From: Perna viridis
Lineage: Eukaryota
Length of the DNA: 64,000 nt
Direction of reading: 5' to 3'
Assembly (NCBI GenBank): GCA_037379345.1
Contig: CM074511.1
Location: forward strand, 69,632,862-69,696,861
Below, one piece after another: positions 1-13,530 of this stretch. The notes below the pieces were generated by a model. That model did no database searches. It worked only from the letters and a program-made list of their open reading frames with translations, and had not been told where the DNA came from. Position 1 is the stretch's first letter. Every line of letters begins with the position of its first letter. The translations under genes were made by a program, and so were the position numbers.

Positions 1-1095
1 CTAGTTCTGTTAAGAATTAAAGATAACTCTAATGTTATGAAGCCCAGAATTTTCCTAACATTAATAAGTACAATGTATTTTCAGAAAAAAAAGGGCAAAT
101 AGAAAAAAAAATCTGAACTTTTTATGCTTTTATAATAAAAATTCAGACAAATAGAGAATGGGGATTGAACTTCCCAGAGAAATGTTTGGTTGTTTAGTGC
201 ACCATATGATTACATGGATTACTTTGCTAAATGCTGAAATAATTCAATCAAAAAGTTATGATGACTATATTCTGGGGGTTTGAATGATTACATAACTTTG
301 CTAATAATCATCCATTTATGCTGTAGGACTTCTAATAAATAATTACTGTATTCTTTACTAGAAGTCCTTTCTCCCAGCCTACATGTTCACGAAACGAGTC
401 ACGAAGCTTGATATGATGATGGCAGTTTTCTTATTTATAATCAAGTTAAAACCTACAATTACTTTGTCTGTGGTAGGTTTAGAAAGTAGTTTCCTGGGCC
501 AAGTTTTGTTTTTTATGAAGCATTTGTATCTAGCAAATAAAATAATCATTGAATTTTTGTTTTAAGAGTGTGTACATACTTTAACATAAACTGTTAATTC
601 AGTTCTGTTTACGACAGCTCACTTTTCATGCTTTTATGAGAAGGATGGAAAGTGACAATTAGTTGGGATGATGAAGCAAAGGTCAGTTAAGACTATGGCC
701 CCTATTGTACATGTCATTTACCTTTAGAATTAGATACCATGATAAATAATATTGAATGTTCCCATCTGTTACTTTCTATATCAGGCCTGGGAGTACTCAA
801 ATGATGTCCATGTCACCGAAATCTGTGTAATTCGCTGTGACGTGGAATTCTAGAAGTGCATAGTAGTAAAATGTTCATGTGAGGATTTTTTTTGTTCTGC
901 ATGGAAAAGAAATATAGTCTTGAAAGACTTGTCATATTGTGTATTACGAAAATGTGTTGGTTTCAGCTAATGTGATAGGTCATAATCATTTCAATGTATA
1001 GTAACTTTAGGTTAGTAACCAGTTTTTACAGACAAAGGAGAACTGTTATTTTAATGTACATAGCCATGTATAAGTATTATTGTTTTTCTTTGCAG

Positions 1096-1278
1096 TTTTG
1101 ATGTTGAGAATGGAACAGGACCAGGGCGCCCTAACCTTGAAGGATCCAGTCCTTCCTCAAGTCGACTTATCCTACAAAACCTACCACAGAGACGGGAGTC
1201 CTTCCTCTACAGGTCTGACAGTGACTATGATCTGTCACCTAAGTCTGTTTCAAGACATTCTTCCATGCAAAGTGAAAT
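1096..1278 (+). CDS. PDE4: PDE4 (dunce-family cAMP phosphodiesterase) internal exon: N-terminal half of UCR1 with the PKA site
   Basis: Acceptor tttttctttgcag (AG 1094-1095), donor GTAAGT at 1279; 183 nt, phase 2-2. From 1097 it reads [60 protein letters not shown], containing the PDE4 hallmarks FDVENG and [18 protein letters not shown] (RRES at 1190-1201). This is a different frame from the listed ORF 1080..1286. Confidence 0.97.
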
Positions 1279-1519
1279 GTAAGTAAGTTAAGTCAGTCCT
1301 GGTCTTTATAGTGTAAGTAAAATGGGGTATTTCTACTGTTTGCTACTTAAAACAAAGTAATTACAACAGGCCAGATATCAGTTACTTACCATTCCTGGAT
1401 TTTACTATGATAATGCTGAAGATTTTTTTGTCTACTTGCAGCTTTTATATGTTACAGCTTTTTTATGATTTTTATGCTTGCCTTAAGGGTGAAGAGTTAT
1501 CTCCTATTTCAAGTTTAGT

Positions 1520-1800
1520 TTAGCTCACCTGGCCCAAAGCCAATGTGAGATTGTGTCAATATTTGATGACTTCTACAATAATCTCTTCCTCAAAAATCCA
1601 TACATCTGATGAAACTTAATTTTATGTATTATATCAATCTAAACAAAGTGTATATCTTAGCAAACAAATAAAATATGGCAATCATAGACCCCCATTTTTG
1701 GTCATATCTCTGATATTAAAAGAGATAAAAACAATCTGAAAAAAAGTTGCATCAACAGATCCAAAGTTTTTGCAGTGATTAAATTTTTTTACTAGCCTCT
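1520..1800 (+). mobile_element. Degenerate non-autonomous Helitron/Helentron-like (HINE-type) fragment
   Basis: Starts ttagctcacctggcccaaagccaatgtgag, close to the reverse complement of the terminus at 39200-39227 (cacatggcctatggccagatgagctaa). The family call is from recollection of bivalve repeats; the right boundary is uncertain. Confidence 0.5.
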
Positions 1801-3521
1801 TGTATTCTTCTCTTTTGTCTAAATCAACACATTTTAACTAGGGATGATGGAGTGTTCTCCCTTTGTGTATGAAATGCTAAATATTTAATCTGATAGTACT
1901 GATGTCGTACAGTCATTGTTTATTTAGCTAAACAACCACCTATTTCAGATATTTTTTCTCCATTTTAGTTCCAAGCATCTCTGACTATAAATTAGATACT
2001 ATAAATCTAAGAGATTTGCAGTAACCTGTGACTTATATTAAGTTGAGTAGGTGTAAGGTGTAAATACAATTAGATTTTATGTTTCAAACCTTTCTAGCTG
2101 AAGCTGTAAAGATTTTATTTTGTTTTCATACAAATAAAATGAATGTAAATCTGATAATGATACCAATGAAATAATGGCCGATTTATTGTCAGTAAAAGAT
2201 TAAAGAGAAACATTTAATCAACGCTGGAAAGACTATTAAAGCTGTTTTCACATGAATTATTCACAAGTAGAATCAAAACTGTCAGAAACTCTTATCTTGT
2301 TCCACTCTCTTATTTAAATATTGATTAATTTTTTGCTTTTGATTGTCCACTCAAATACACAGAAGTAAAAACTTGTAATCCAACTGTATTGAATATTTAG
2401 AACTGAAGTCAATTATAGTAGGGTCTTTAAATTACAGAGTAAGTATATCATTAAAATACAATATCCATATCTGAATCCATACTGTTATAAATCAGTTTTA
2501 ACTGCAACCCAGGAAAAATGGAAATTAAATATTTTCATGAATTGTAAACTAAACAAAATCCTGTAATACTTTTTGCACTGTGCAGTGACAATATCATCTA
2601 CTGGAATAAGAGTAACATTAAAATAAAGGTGTATTGATATTAGAAGAATTTTATTAAATTTTACAAGGTTTCTTACTTCAAATTGTTTTTTTTTATACTT
2701 GTTTTGCTTTATTTTGTTTGCTTTTTTCACTGTAATAAGAAAGTTTATTTTAAGGTCACCACCAACACCAACAGATAAAAATAAAACCCAGTAAGTTATC
2801 ACACCTTTACTAACTTGTGAGTTAGGCTAACATATTCTGTGTGCAATACCTAAATATGTTCATTAACTGTTTACACTATAGGAATGTACACTTATTTTTG
2901 GCCTGATCAGTCTGGCGCCTCAGGCGACACCACACTGCAGCTGCTACTGGAAAGGAAATACTCTCATTAGCTGGTTATGAATAATGCAACTTTTATGCTT
3001 TGCATGCTCTGCCCATTGAAGCTTTTCACATAGTTTCACATCTCTTGTATATAAACTTAAATAGTAAGGGTGATAGAGTTATCTTCCTTATTCCAACAGG
3101 TTAATGTTCATAAAAATGTATTGTCTAATGACATCTTATCGTCTGTTTGTTTTTTCTTTTAATTCTGAGTTCTGATTTAACTTCATACATTAGTATTGCA
3201 TCATAGCTTAAGTTGTAGCAATATAATGCAATGTCATATAACAGTGAAAATAAGAATGTTGTAACTTTTTAACATGAGTTATTTAGATTCAGGTATCTTC
3301 CACTGACCACATTCTCTGGATGTATGTGGTATCTTCCACTGTTTATACTACTTCTTTAATAGGCCTCATTCCTTTTTTAATGGCGGGACAATTTTTTAAA
3401 AATTGAAAAAACATGGACTTATTTCAATCCAAAATCATACTGTTCTAAACTGCAGAATAAATATATAGTATGAGAAGTATAAATATTAAATGTATGCAGC
3501 GTATAATGATATAGTATTATT

Positions 3522-3640
3522 GCGTAAGGTTTTCCATATTGGCTGAGTTATTGGTCTGAGTCTAGCCATATGAGCCGTAGCCGAAATCCAAAATTTCTAG
3601 CTGAGGACCAATAACTCCGTCAATATGGAAAACCTTACGC
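3522..3640. mobile_element. MITE-like inverted repeat / hairpin element
   Basis: 35-bp arms 3522-3556 (gcgtaaggttttccatattggctgagttattggtc) and 3606-3640 with 2 mismatches and a 49-nt spacer; retains CpGs. Confidence 0.75.
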
Positions 3641-5027
3641 CATTATACCTTTATTGTCTAAATAGTCCAATATGCTATGCCAATATCAATGTGGATGTAG
3701 GATTTTTGTGTGTTATTAATTTGATTTATTTTACTCTAATTTGAAAAAAGAAGTATTTTATTGAAAGAGAAAGAAATTCCAAAAACTACTTTAAATGATT
3801 AAGTAGCAGTCTTTGTAAAAATCATTCAAATTGTGTAATATGTAATACACCCCTTAAAAATTGGTGCACATATTTATTTTTGTTATTAAGTTGTTTTATA
3901 GATCAATATGATGAAAAGTATAATTATTCAATCCAATTTGTCTGCTCTTAGGAGGTAATCAACATTGATAATCCAATTTTTTTATTATATTTTAGTGTCA
4001 TATGCAGAGTTATCTCCCTTAATTTTGATTTCTACAGCATATTGTATATAATTTTTATTTCTTAATTATATTAGAACAAGGGTTATATAAAGCCAGATGT
4101 TAACTTCTGTTTATGAAGGCTCATATTTTTCATGATTCTTAGTTGGAGTGCTACTTAAGACCATAAAAATCAATGGATAAGGCAAATCCTTATTATAGCA
4201 GTCTGACTATTAGTTTCTTGCTATTGTAGTTGAATTATGCAATATTTTTTAATTTAATGGGTTTTTTTTTATTGTTGATGTGTCATCATTCACTGTTTTC
4301 TTTATTTGTACTGGCATCAGACTAAATTACATCTTCCTTATAATTACATTCTGTAATATTTTACTATTGTATGTTTATATTGGCAAAATCTTGTCCTTCT
4401 GTTTTGCCAAAATAAATTTTGTGTAAATCTTCAGGCATCATTTTGGAAGATTAACCTGCCAAGTTAAATGAATTAAAATTTCAAGTTCATTGCTTTTTGT
4501 ACCCTCTGTGTAGAACTATTAAATTACAGGACTTAACTAGCCTGTGAGTTTTGCATGACTAATTAGAAATTCAAGTCAAATCCATTCATATATAATAATG
4601 TAATAAATAATGCTAGCCTATTTATTGCATAAAGGAACTGGTCATGAACCATGTAATTTTTGGTAAACATTGCAGTATACGAAGTTATAAATGTGTATTA
4701 TTTTATGTCATAGTTATTCACTTGTAACAGTAAAGTTTGATTGTATAAATACATCCTAACACTGGATGATTGACACTTCAGATAACTTTTATATAAACTT
4801 TAGATGGTTTATTTATTACCAGGTACTTGATATATACTATTTTATCAAGTCGCTTACATCGCTGTTTGTTGTGTTGTATGATAGTATTAACAGTAGTTAA
4901 TGTGCTAACAAGACAAATACATGTAGTTATAAGTAAGTTTTGTTTACCAGTCAATTCAGAAAGTTACAGATATTTCCAGAAATACTGACCACAATCTCAG
5001 TACCAGTAATGTGTTTCATAAGTATTG

Positions 5028-5149
5028 ATGATTTGGGAGTTATCGTCTTATCTCCATTGTGTCAGCTGTTTCCATCTAACTAGGTGCTGGTTTATTTTAA
5101 GGACAGCATCATTTGTAACCACGGCAATAGTCTCAGGTATAACTCTCAG
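5028..5149 (+). CDS. Candidate alternative first exon (or 48/66/84-nt cassette exon) of PDE4 splicing to the 35721 exon
   Basis: ATG 5028 (in-frame TAA at 5019) is open to a consensus donor CAG|GTAAGT at 5150, ending in phase 2, which matches the 35721 exon. Encodes MIWELSSYLHCVSCFHLTRCWFILRTASFVTTAIVSGITL(R). No homology evidence. Confidence 0.4.
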
Positions 5150-5636
5150 GTAAGTTTGTATTAACATTTATTATTAATTAATTAGTTACCATGATAATAT
5201 TTTTTTTAATTTAGTAGAATTTTAGCGCAAGCAATAGTTAAGTAAACTTATGAAACAGAGCTTTACAACCCAATTGTATATTTAATGGACTGGATATACT
5301 TCACCAATACGGAACTGATGTTTTTATTACTTGTATATTGAAGGTAAATTGCATCAAAAATATGACCAAGAAAATGAACAGTTTAATAATTTTACAGTCT
5401 GTATGAAGACAAGGTTTATGAGAAGGTCTAGGTCAATTCACTCGTTATTCTTATGTACTGACTAATTGTTACACTGTTGATAAATTTGTTCAATATATCC
5501 ATTTGATTAATAATTTAAAGGATTGATTTTTATCTCAGAGTTCTGTAATTAAGTAGTTAACATGTTTATCAAGGAAATACCTGCACACAAATTAGTTACA
5601 CATATACTTTATCCACTTAGTGACTTCCTTCCAGAC

Positions 5637-6700
5637 CTGTTCTGTCAGATGAAACATTCTAGTAGTATCCCTTGACCACCCTGAGTTCTGTCTTATGAAA
5701 CATTCTGGTAGTATCCATAAGATTGACCTAAATTCTGTCAAGTTAAATATTCTGGTAGTATCCATTGATTGACCTAAATTCTGTCAAGTTAAATATTCTG
5801 GTAGTATGCGTTCACTGTTCTGAGTTCTGGTGGGTGAAACATTCTGGTAGTATCCAATAACTGATGTGAGTTCTGTCAGGTGAAACATTCTGGTAGTATC
5901 CATCGACTGACCTGAGTTCTGTCAGGTGAAACATTCTGGTACTATACCTTTGACTGGCCTGAGTTTTTTCAGGTGAAACATTCTGGTAGTATCCAATGAC
6001 TGACCCGAGTTCTATGTGGTAAAACATTCTTGTAGTATCCAATTACTGACATGAGTTCTGTCACATGAAACATTCTTGTAGTATCCAATGACTGACATGA
6101 GTTCTGTCACATGAAACATTCTTGTAGTATCCAATGACTGACATGAGTTCTGTCACGTGAAACATTCTTGAAGTATCCAATGACTTACTCAAGCTCTGTC
6201 AGATGAAACATTCTGGTAGTATCCATCGACTGACCTGAGTTCTGTCAGGTGAAACATTCTGGTACTATACCTTTGACTGGCCTGAGTTTTTTCAGGTGAA
6301 ACATTCTGGTAGTATCCAATGACTGACCCGAGTTCTATGTGGTAAAACATTCTTGTAGTATACAATTACTGACATGAGTTCTGTCACATGAAACATTCTG
6401 GTAGTATCCAATGACTGACATGAGTTCTGTCACATGAAACATTCTTGTAGTATCCAATGACTGACATGAGTTCTGTCACGTGAAACATTCTTGAAGTATC
6501 CAATGACTTACTCAAGCTCTGTCAGATGAAACATTTTGGTAGTATCCCTTGACTGGCCTGAGTTCTCTCAGTTGAAAGATTTTGGTAGTATCCCTTGACT
6601 GGCCTGAGTTCTCTCAGTTGAAAGATTTTGGTAGTATCCGTTGACTGGCCTGAGTTCTGTCAGCTGAAAAATTTTGGTATTATCCTTTGACTAGTCTCAG
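5637..6700. repeat. 46-bp minisatellite with a ~323-bp (7-unit) higher-order duplication
   Basis: Unit gagttctgtcaggtgaaacattctggtagtatccaatgactgacct; the variant order at 5881 repeats at 6204. Confidence 0.92.
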
Positions 6701-7095
6701 ATATTTTGGTTGTATCTGTTGGCTGGTCTGAGATATTTTGGTTGTATCTGTTGCTGTTCAGGGATATTTTGGTTGTATCTGTTGCTGTTCAGGGATATTT
6801 TGGTTGTATCTGTTGGCTGGTCAGGGATATTTTGGTTGTATCTGTTGGCTGGTCTGAAATATTTTGGTTGTATCCCTTGACTGGTCTGAGATGTTTTGGT
6901 TGTATCTGTTGGCTGGTCTGAGATATTTTGGTTGTATCTGTTGCTGTTCAGGGATATTTTGGTTGTATCTGTTGGCTGGTCTGAGATATTTTGGTTGTAT
7001 CTGTTGGGTTGTCTGAGATATTTTGGTTGTATTGCTTGACTTGTCTGAAATGTTTTGGCTGGTCTTAAGTATTTTGGTTGTATCTGTTGGCTGAG
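6698..7095. repeat. 30-32-bp minisatellite related to the adjacent 46-mer
   Basis: Unit gagatattttggttgtatctgttggctggtct. Confidence 0.9.
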
Positions 7096-7535
7096 TTTGG
7101 AAACTTTTCCTAGAAAAAGTTGTTATATATGTTACTAATTGTAACACTTGTTGTTCATATCTACAATACACAAATATTTCAGTTGTAAACATTGCAAGGT
7201 AAACATACTACAAAAAAAGGTTAGATCTATAAATAGTAAGATGCAAGCTATATTAGTAATTTTTGTGATGATAATGTCAGAGCTAATGTTTTATAGAAGT
7301 CTAATGAGGTGTGATGCAGGAAATAATAAGTGTTTTATTATCAGTTTGCATGTCAATTCTGCAACTATTGTCAACAATACTTTCCACAAAGGGAACAAAA
7401 AAATGACCAGTATTACACACTTACATGTTTTAAATAAATCAGATTTATTATACAATGTAGTATCTAGCCAGAATGTGGACTATAATGAGACTGTGGACCA
7501 ACTGTTTAGAAATTTCTTTAGAGGTGATGTGAGCA

Positions 7536-8038
7536 GTTCTGAGACTGGTTGGTTGATGTTGTTCTCAGCCAGAGTAATCGCTGTTCTGAGATTGATTTGT
7601 TTGTATTCTTCTTAGCCAAATTGATGGCTGATCTTAGACTGGATGGTTTGTATTATTCTCAGCCAGAGTAATGACTGTTCTGAGACTGGATGAATTGTAT
7701 TGTTCTCAACCAGAGAAATGGCTGTTCTTAGGCTGACAGGTTTGTATTGTTCTCAACCAGAGTAATGGCTGTTCTTAGGCTGACAGGTTTATATTGTTCT
7801 CAGCCAAAGTAATGGCTGTTCTTAGACTGACAGGTTTGTATTGTTCTCAGCCAGAGAATTGGCTGTTCTTAGGCTGACAGGTTTGTATTGTTCTCAACCA
7901 GAGTAATGGCTGTTCTTAGGCTGACAGGTTTATATTGTTCTCAGCCAAAGTAATGGCTGTTCTTAGACTGACAGGTTTGTATTGTTCTCAGCCAAAGTAA
8001 TGGCTGTTCTGAGACTGGATGGTTTGTATTCTCATCCA
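7536..8038. repeat. 47-bp minisatellite
   Basis: Unit ttctcagccagagtaatggctgttcttaggctgacaggtttgtattg, about 10 copies. Confidence 0.9.
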
Positions 8039-9885
8039 GAGTGCTGGTTGGTTTGACACTTTGATATTAAAAGTACCTTCAGTAAGTAAATCATGTCTAG
8101 TTTATCTGAAGTGTGTCTCAATAAATGGAACAGTTTTGTCAGATATGCCAGGGAATCAACAGTTGATTTTGATCAAAAATAATTTTTTCTTTGATCTGTG
8201 ATTTACTGTGGAAGATTCCAAATGGAAATCATTATTGAATGTATTCTACAATCAATTGTTAACCAAATTTATTGTTTTATGGTGTAATGAAGTGTTGCAC
8301 TGAGACAGTATCAATAATTCAGGAATATTTACCATTCATTTATGAACATTAGAAGTGATGGTCTTTCACTTGTGTTACTTTAATATTGAGGAAGTATTAA
8401 AATGGTGTATAAACTTCTACAATCAGTTGAAATGGCATTTATTTGAACTCACCACTGTAGATGATAGTATGGACTTCTTGTGTTTTTTTTCTGAAGGCAT
8501 ATCATGCCAACTGATGTTAAGCCAAGGATTATAAATTGTTATATCTTTGTAAATAATTATATAATTGAGGTCTTTATTCAGGGTGACGATAGTTGGCAGT
8601 ATAGCAAGCAACAAAATTAGCACAAACAGTTGTTTAGGTTTTTCTGATGTTGTATTTATAGAATTAAAGATATAATGTGTACAATATGCTGAAGTCTTGA
8701 TTTGTTGATACTTTATTTCTGAACATGTGTTATTTTGATTGATTTTTGAGAACAGCATGTTTCAGAAAGTTGGCAAAAAAAAATGATCAGGTAACCTATA
8801 ATTATACAACCTAATGGCTAATTAATGGAGGTTTTTGGGTGAAAAAGTGGTGGAAAAGGCTGTTTTCTTGAATGTAAGTTCAAACAGCTGTTCAATCAGT
8901 TATATAAGTTCTTACAAAACTGACTTATGCTTTAAAGATTTGTCAAAGACTTAGAAACAGTTTCTTGCTGGATTAGGTGAGATTAGTCCAGAAGTATAGA
9001 TGTAGACTTCTAAATTACAACAGACCTAGCTAAGACTTTAGGAATAATACACTTTACATACACATCATTCATCATCTGGTTCTTCTCCCAAATTTTAAGT
9101 CTTTGAAAATGCATGTTAAATAAATTGACTATTTGCAGCTCTATGTAATATTAGATTTAGGAACTACTTAGAAGCAATCTTCTTTCAAAATTAGTTGAAT
9201 TCTTCAAATAATTGGTTCAGTTCAGAAACATGAAAGAAATATGATTGATTAACGTTCTTCCTTTAAAATATTGTCACAATAATCTTAAAATACAGAAGGA
9301 GGACCTGTGCTTATACATCCTCATCAGGTTTGACATTCTATACATTAATAATATTTATTTGATATATTATGGAAAGCTTTGAACTTTATTACCAGAGTGA
9401 TATACTTATGATACTGATAATGAATAGAAAACAATGAACCAAGACCAAGGTTTAGTAATTTGGTTGCCAAAAATCAATACCTTAATCTTCAGATTTTATT
9501 GTAAGAGATCATTTTTCTTACATTTTATTACCATTCTTCACTAACTAGAAATAAACTTTACCAATGTTGGGTAAACTAAAATATGTAAAGACTTGACAAA
9601 TCTGAATTAGTAGCAGTTAATTGGAAAATTTCAGTATCAAATACAGTATGTAGAATGTTTCCTGCTTAGACAGATGTTTAGTTTACCCAGGTTCAAAATA
9701 CTCTGACATGAAGGAACTTCAAAAACTGAAGAAGTGTATGATTCAGACTTCTGTTTATTCCAGGTAACTGTTGATAGTGATAATTGGTAGACATTATTAT
9801 ATATTAATTCTTAGTGATAAGTGATAACCAGGCAGTATAGGGTTCTTTGTTAATGTTAACAACAATCATTTGAATGTTGATGTAC

Positions 9886-10877
9886 CAGGCCATACATGTA
9901 TTTGGACTGTGAGGGTATGTACCAGACCATACAAACATTTGGACTGTAGGGGTATGGAATAGGCCATACATGTTTTTGGACTGTAGGAGTATGTACCAGA
10001 CCATGCATGCATTTGAACTGTAGGGGTATGGAATAGGCCATACCTTTTTGGGACTGCAGGGTTATGGAACAAATTATACATGTATTTGGACTGTAGGAGT
10101 ATGTACCAAGCCATACATGTATTTGGACTGTAGGGGAATGGAACAGATTATACATATATTTGAACTATGTGGCCAGGATGCAATATGTAGATATGCATAT
10201 ATTTAGGAATTTCTAATCCCTAAATGGATCCCCAAATTTTTCAAGTTATGATACTGGAACAGTTAGTCATTGCAAGTCTTGGAAGGATTGAGCTGAACCA
10301 ACAGACCATGAGTATCACAAGTCTTGGAAGGATTTCTGAATCTGCAAACCATGTCTTCATACAAAAATAAACATGTTACAAATCTAGTGAGCGGGGGCAT
10401 CATAAGTGTCTTAAAGACACATTTGATTTACTTAAAAAAAAATCACTACTAACAAATGAGGTGGGGGTTCCTGTCATAAACAGGGCTTCTAGTTTGACTG
10501 TAGGGATATGAAGCAGGCCATACATGTATTAGAACTGTAGGGATATGGAATAGGACATACATGTTTTTGGACTGTAGGGATATGGAACAGACCATATATG
10601 TATTAGAACTGTAGGGATATGGAACAGGCCATACATGTATTAGAACTGTAGGGATATGGAACAGGCCATACATGTATTAGAACTGTAGGGATATGGAACA
10701 GGCGATACATGTATTAGAACTGTAGTGATATGGAATAGGACATACATGTTTTTTGGACTGTAGGGATATGGAATAGGACATACATGTTTTTTGGACTGTA
10801 GGGATATGGAACAGACCATATATGTATTAGAACTGTAGGGATATGGAATAAGACATACATGTTTTTTGACTGTAGGC
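9886..10877. repeat. ~37-bp minisatellite in two blocks (9886-10168, 10496-10877) split by unique sequence
   Basis: Unit ggccatacatgtatttggactgtaggg(g/a)tatggaaca. Confidence 0.9.
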
Positions 10878-12145
10878 ATATAACCCAAGGTGTATGTGTT
10901 GCTAACCCATGATAAAATAAATTTCTTTTTAAGAATTCCAGTAAGGTTAATAAACTAATCATATTAATCAGATGTCAAATTGTCATTATCTTTAAATTTG
11001 ACTAAATATAAACATAAAAATTTGTTGTAAAATAGGAATCTAAAAGTATTGGAGATGATAAAGGACTTAAAGCTGTAGTTATGTTTTATAGTACGGTCAT
11101 TGTGTATATGATATCAATAAAACCTTTGGCATTTGTTTTTGTGCAACTTAATTTGTTCATTATGTTTCATTATTCCATATCAGGTTCAATTTATTTTAAA
11201 ATAGTTTGAGTCAATTTATAGATTTTGTATTTATATACACACATGGTCAAGATAATCATTACTCCAGCTCATTGTACCATTTACATATGGAATGTGAATG
11301 TCATGATGTATTTCCTTGTCAATTTGTCTGTCGACAAATATGGAGGAACAGCAAAGTACTGAAGAAGTGCTCTTTAATTTGTAATGGCATATATATTACT
11401 GAGTACTCCAAATAGGACATGTTTTTTTTCTATATTGTCTAAGAAGGACCTATTTCATAAGAATGCCCAATCTTTCTCCATACCCTGATTGGAGCTGACT
11501 ACTGCCAATACACATCTCCTGATCATTAAAGGATGCCAATCACATTAACCACTTACAAATCAACCATAGATGTTTCATGTTATTCAACACTGTCATAAAA
11601 CTTGTAAATATTCCATCAGTAAGTAGAATTTGCTTACTGGTACTAATAGAAGCCTCTAATATTACCAATTAGTATTCAGTCTTTAGTAGTAAACAGATAA
11701 AATAACCAGTTCAGTTTAGGTAGAATCAATACATCTCTTTCTATAGAAAGATGACTTTAATGAAATAGTTTCGGGAATCGGTGATATTGGAGATTAATCT
11801 GGTTATCAGATAATTCTATTACACCACTTAGTTATAGGGATAATTTACAAATGTGAACCTTAGGTAGCTAATGTAGGGTCTTATGACTTTTTTATGCCAT
11901 GATATATCTTGGGTGTTCTGTTGATATGTACATTTTCTAAAACAAATTGTGAATGATGACAATTGAACTGTTACAAATCCTCTGGCTACTTTTTTATTGC
12001 CCAAGCTTAGTTAGACCATAAATTAATATGAATATTGGAGTAGTAAGGTCTCTATACCCAGTGGTAGAAGTCACCACAAATTCTGTTTAACTTTTGAATA
12101 TACTGACCTGTATTTAATGGTTAAAATAATGAACCTAATCAAGTT

Positions 12146-12637
12146 AGAGTCTGGGATGAGGTCACACTTCACCATTTCATGGCCTGAGTCTGGGATGAGG
12201 TCACATTTCACCATTTCAGTACTAGTTTGGGATGAGGTCACACTTCACCATATCATTGCCAGAGTCTGGGACAAGGTCACATGTCACCATTTCATGACTA
12301 GAGTCTGGGATTTGGTCATATTTCTCCATTTTATAACTAGAGTCTGTGATTAGGTCACATTTCATTTCATGGCTAGAGTCTGTGATTAGGTCACATTTCA
12401 TCATTTCATGACTAGAGTCAGCGATTAGGTCGCATTTTATCATTTCATGACAAGAGTCTGTGATTAGGTTACATGTGACCATTTCATGATTAAAGTGGGA
12501 TTAGGTCATACTTCATCAGTTCATGGCCTGGGTCTGGGATTAGGTCACACCTTACCATTTCATTACTAGAGTCAAGGATACAATTCTTGGCTAGAGTCTG
12601 GGATTAGGTCACATGTCATCATTTCATGGCCAGAGTC
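12146..12637. repeat. ~39-bp minisatellite
   Basis: Unit gagtctgggattaggtcacatttcaccatttcatgacta. Confidence 0.88.
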
Positions 12638-13530
12638 CCGACATTGAATCAAGAGGAGGAAGTAAGATTCCCATTGTAGATATGGCCTCTCCATGTTCAA
12701 CTTTATTGATCAAGTAATTTCTTATGAAGTTTGACAGTTCATACATTATTGTTGGCATCTCTTATCCTCATTCTAAAATGTTCTTGACTCTTTTTTAAGG
12801 AATTTACATTTTGTTTTAAGGTAAACAGCCTATATCCATTGAATTTCTGTCAGTTATCTTTATATACATATACATTTGCTACATCTTCATGGTTCTTTGA
12901 AATTTAAATCTTTATTTGAAAATTAATGGGAAAGTCAATATTCAGCTCCTTAGGTGTTATAATGTACAGTAATAAAACCTAACCTAAGTATGTATCTTAT
13001 AACTCTGTACAGGTATATTGATGGGTCTTTTTAGCTCGCAAAACATTTTTTTATTTAATTGTATGCATTAGTTGATAGTATACTTGGCTATTATGAAGTT
13101 AATGTTTCAGCATTTTTAGGTCATTATGACTTCATTAAATAATGTCCGTAGAATAAAGAAATCTTTGTAATGTGTATTTAATGGAATGAGTTCTCATCAG
13201 ATCTATTTTAAATGTTCCATATCTATCTGTTTCTCTGTAGTAGTCACTCTTTATCAGTTCTACTTTAACATCATTTCATGCTCCTTGGTAAAAACCATGT
13301 TTTAAAGCTGCTTTATATATGCAAAGTTATGATATTGATTAGTATTTTTTCAAAGGTATTATAGATCATGTTAGAAGAGCTGAATTTTATATATATGTAA
13401 AAAAACTATAAATCATAACTTGATTGTTTGAACAACTTGACTTTAGACTGCATGTTTATGAATACTTTTTATTTGACCTTGACCTAAGGAAGTTTTATTA
13501 TTGTGCTGCATACTGTGTGAAAATCCCGAA

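Noticed and set aside
1080-1286. Listed 68-aa ORF over the first exon
   Set aside because: Wrong frame; the PDE4 motifs are in the frame starting at 1097, bounded by splice sites.
2884-2970. GC-rich 28-codon ORF MYTYFWPDQSGASGDTTLQLLLERKYSH as another first exon
   Set aside because: No GT donor before the stop (the phase-2 position reads AG|GAAATA), so it cannot be joined to the gene.
7148-7615. 155-aa ORF and the other 60-120-aa ORFs in the track
   Set aside because: AT-rich, low-information translations with no recognisable domain; many start at non-ATG codons or lie in tandem repeats.
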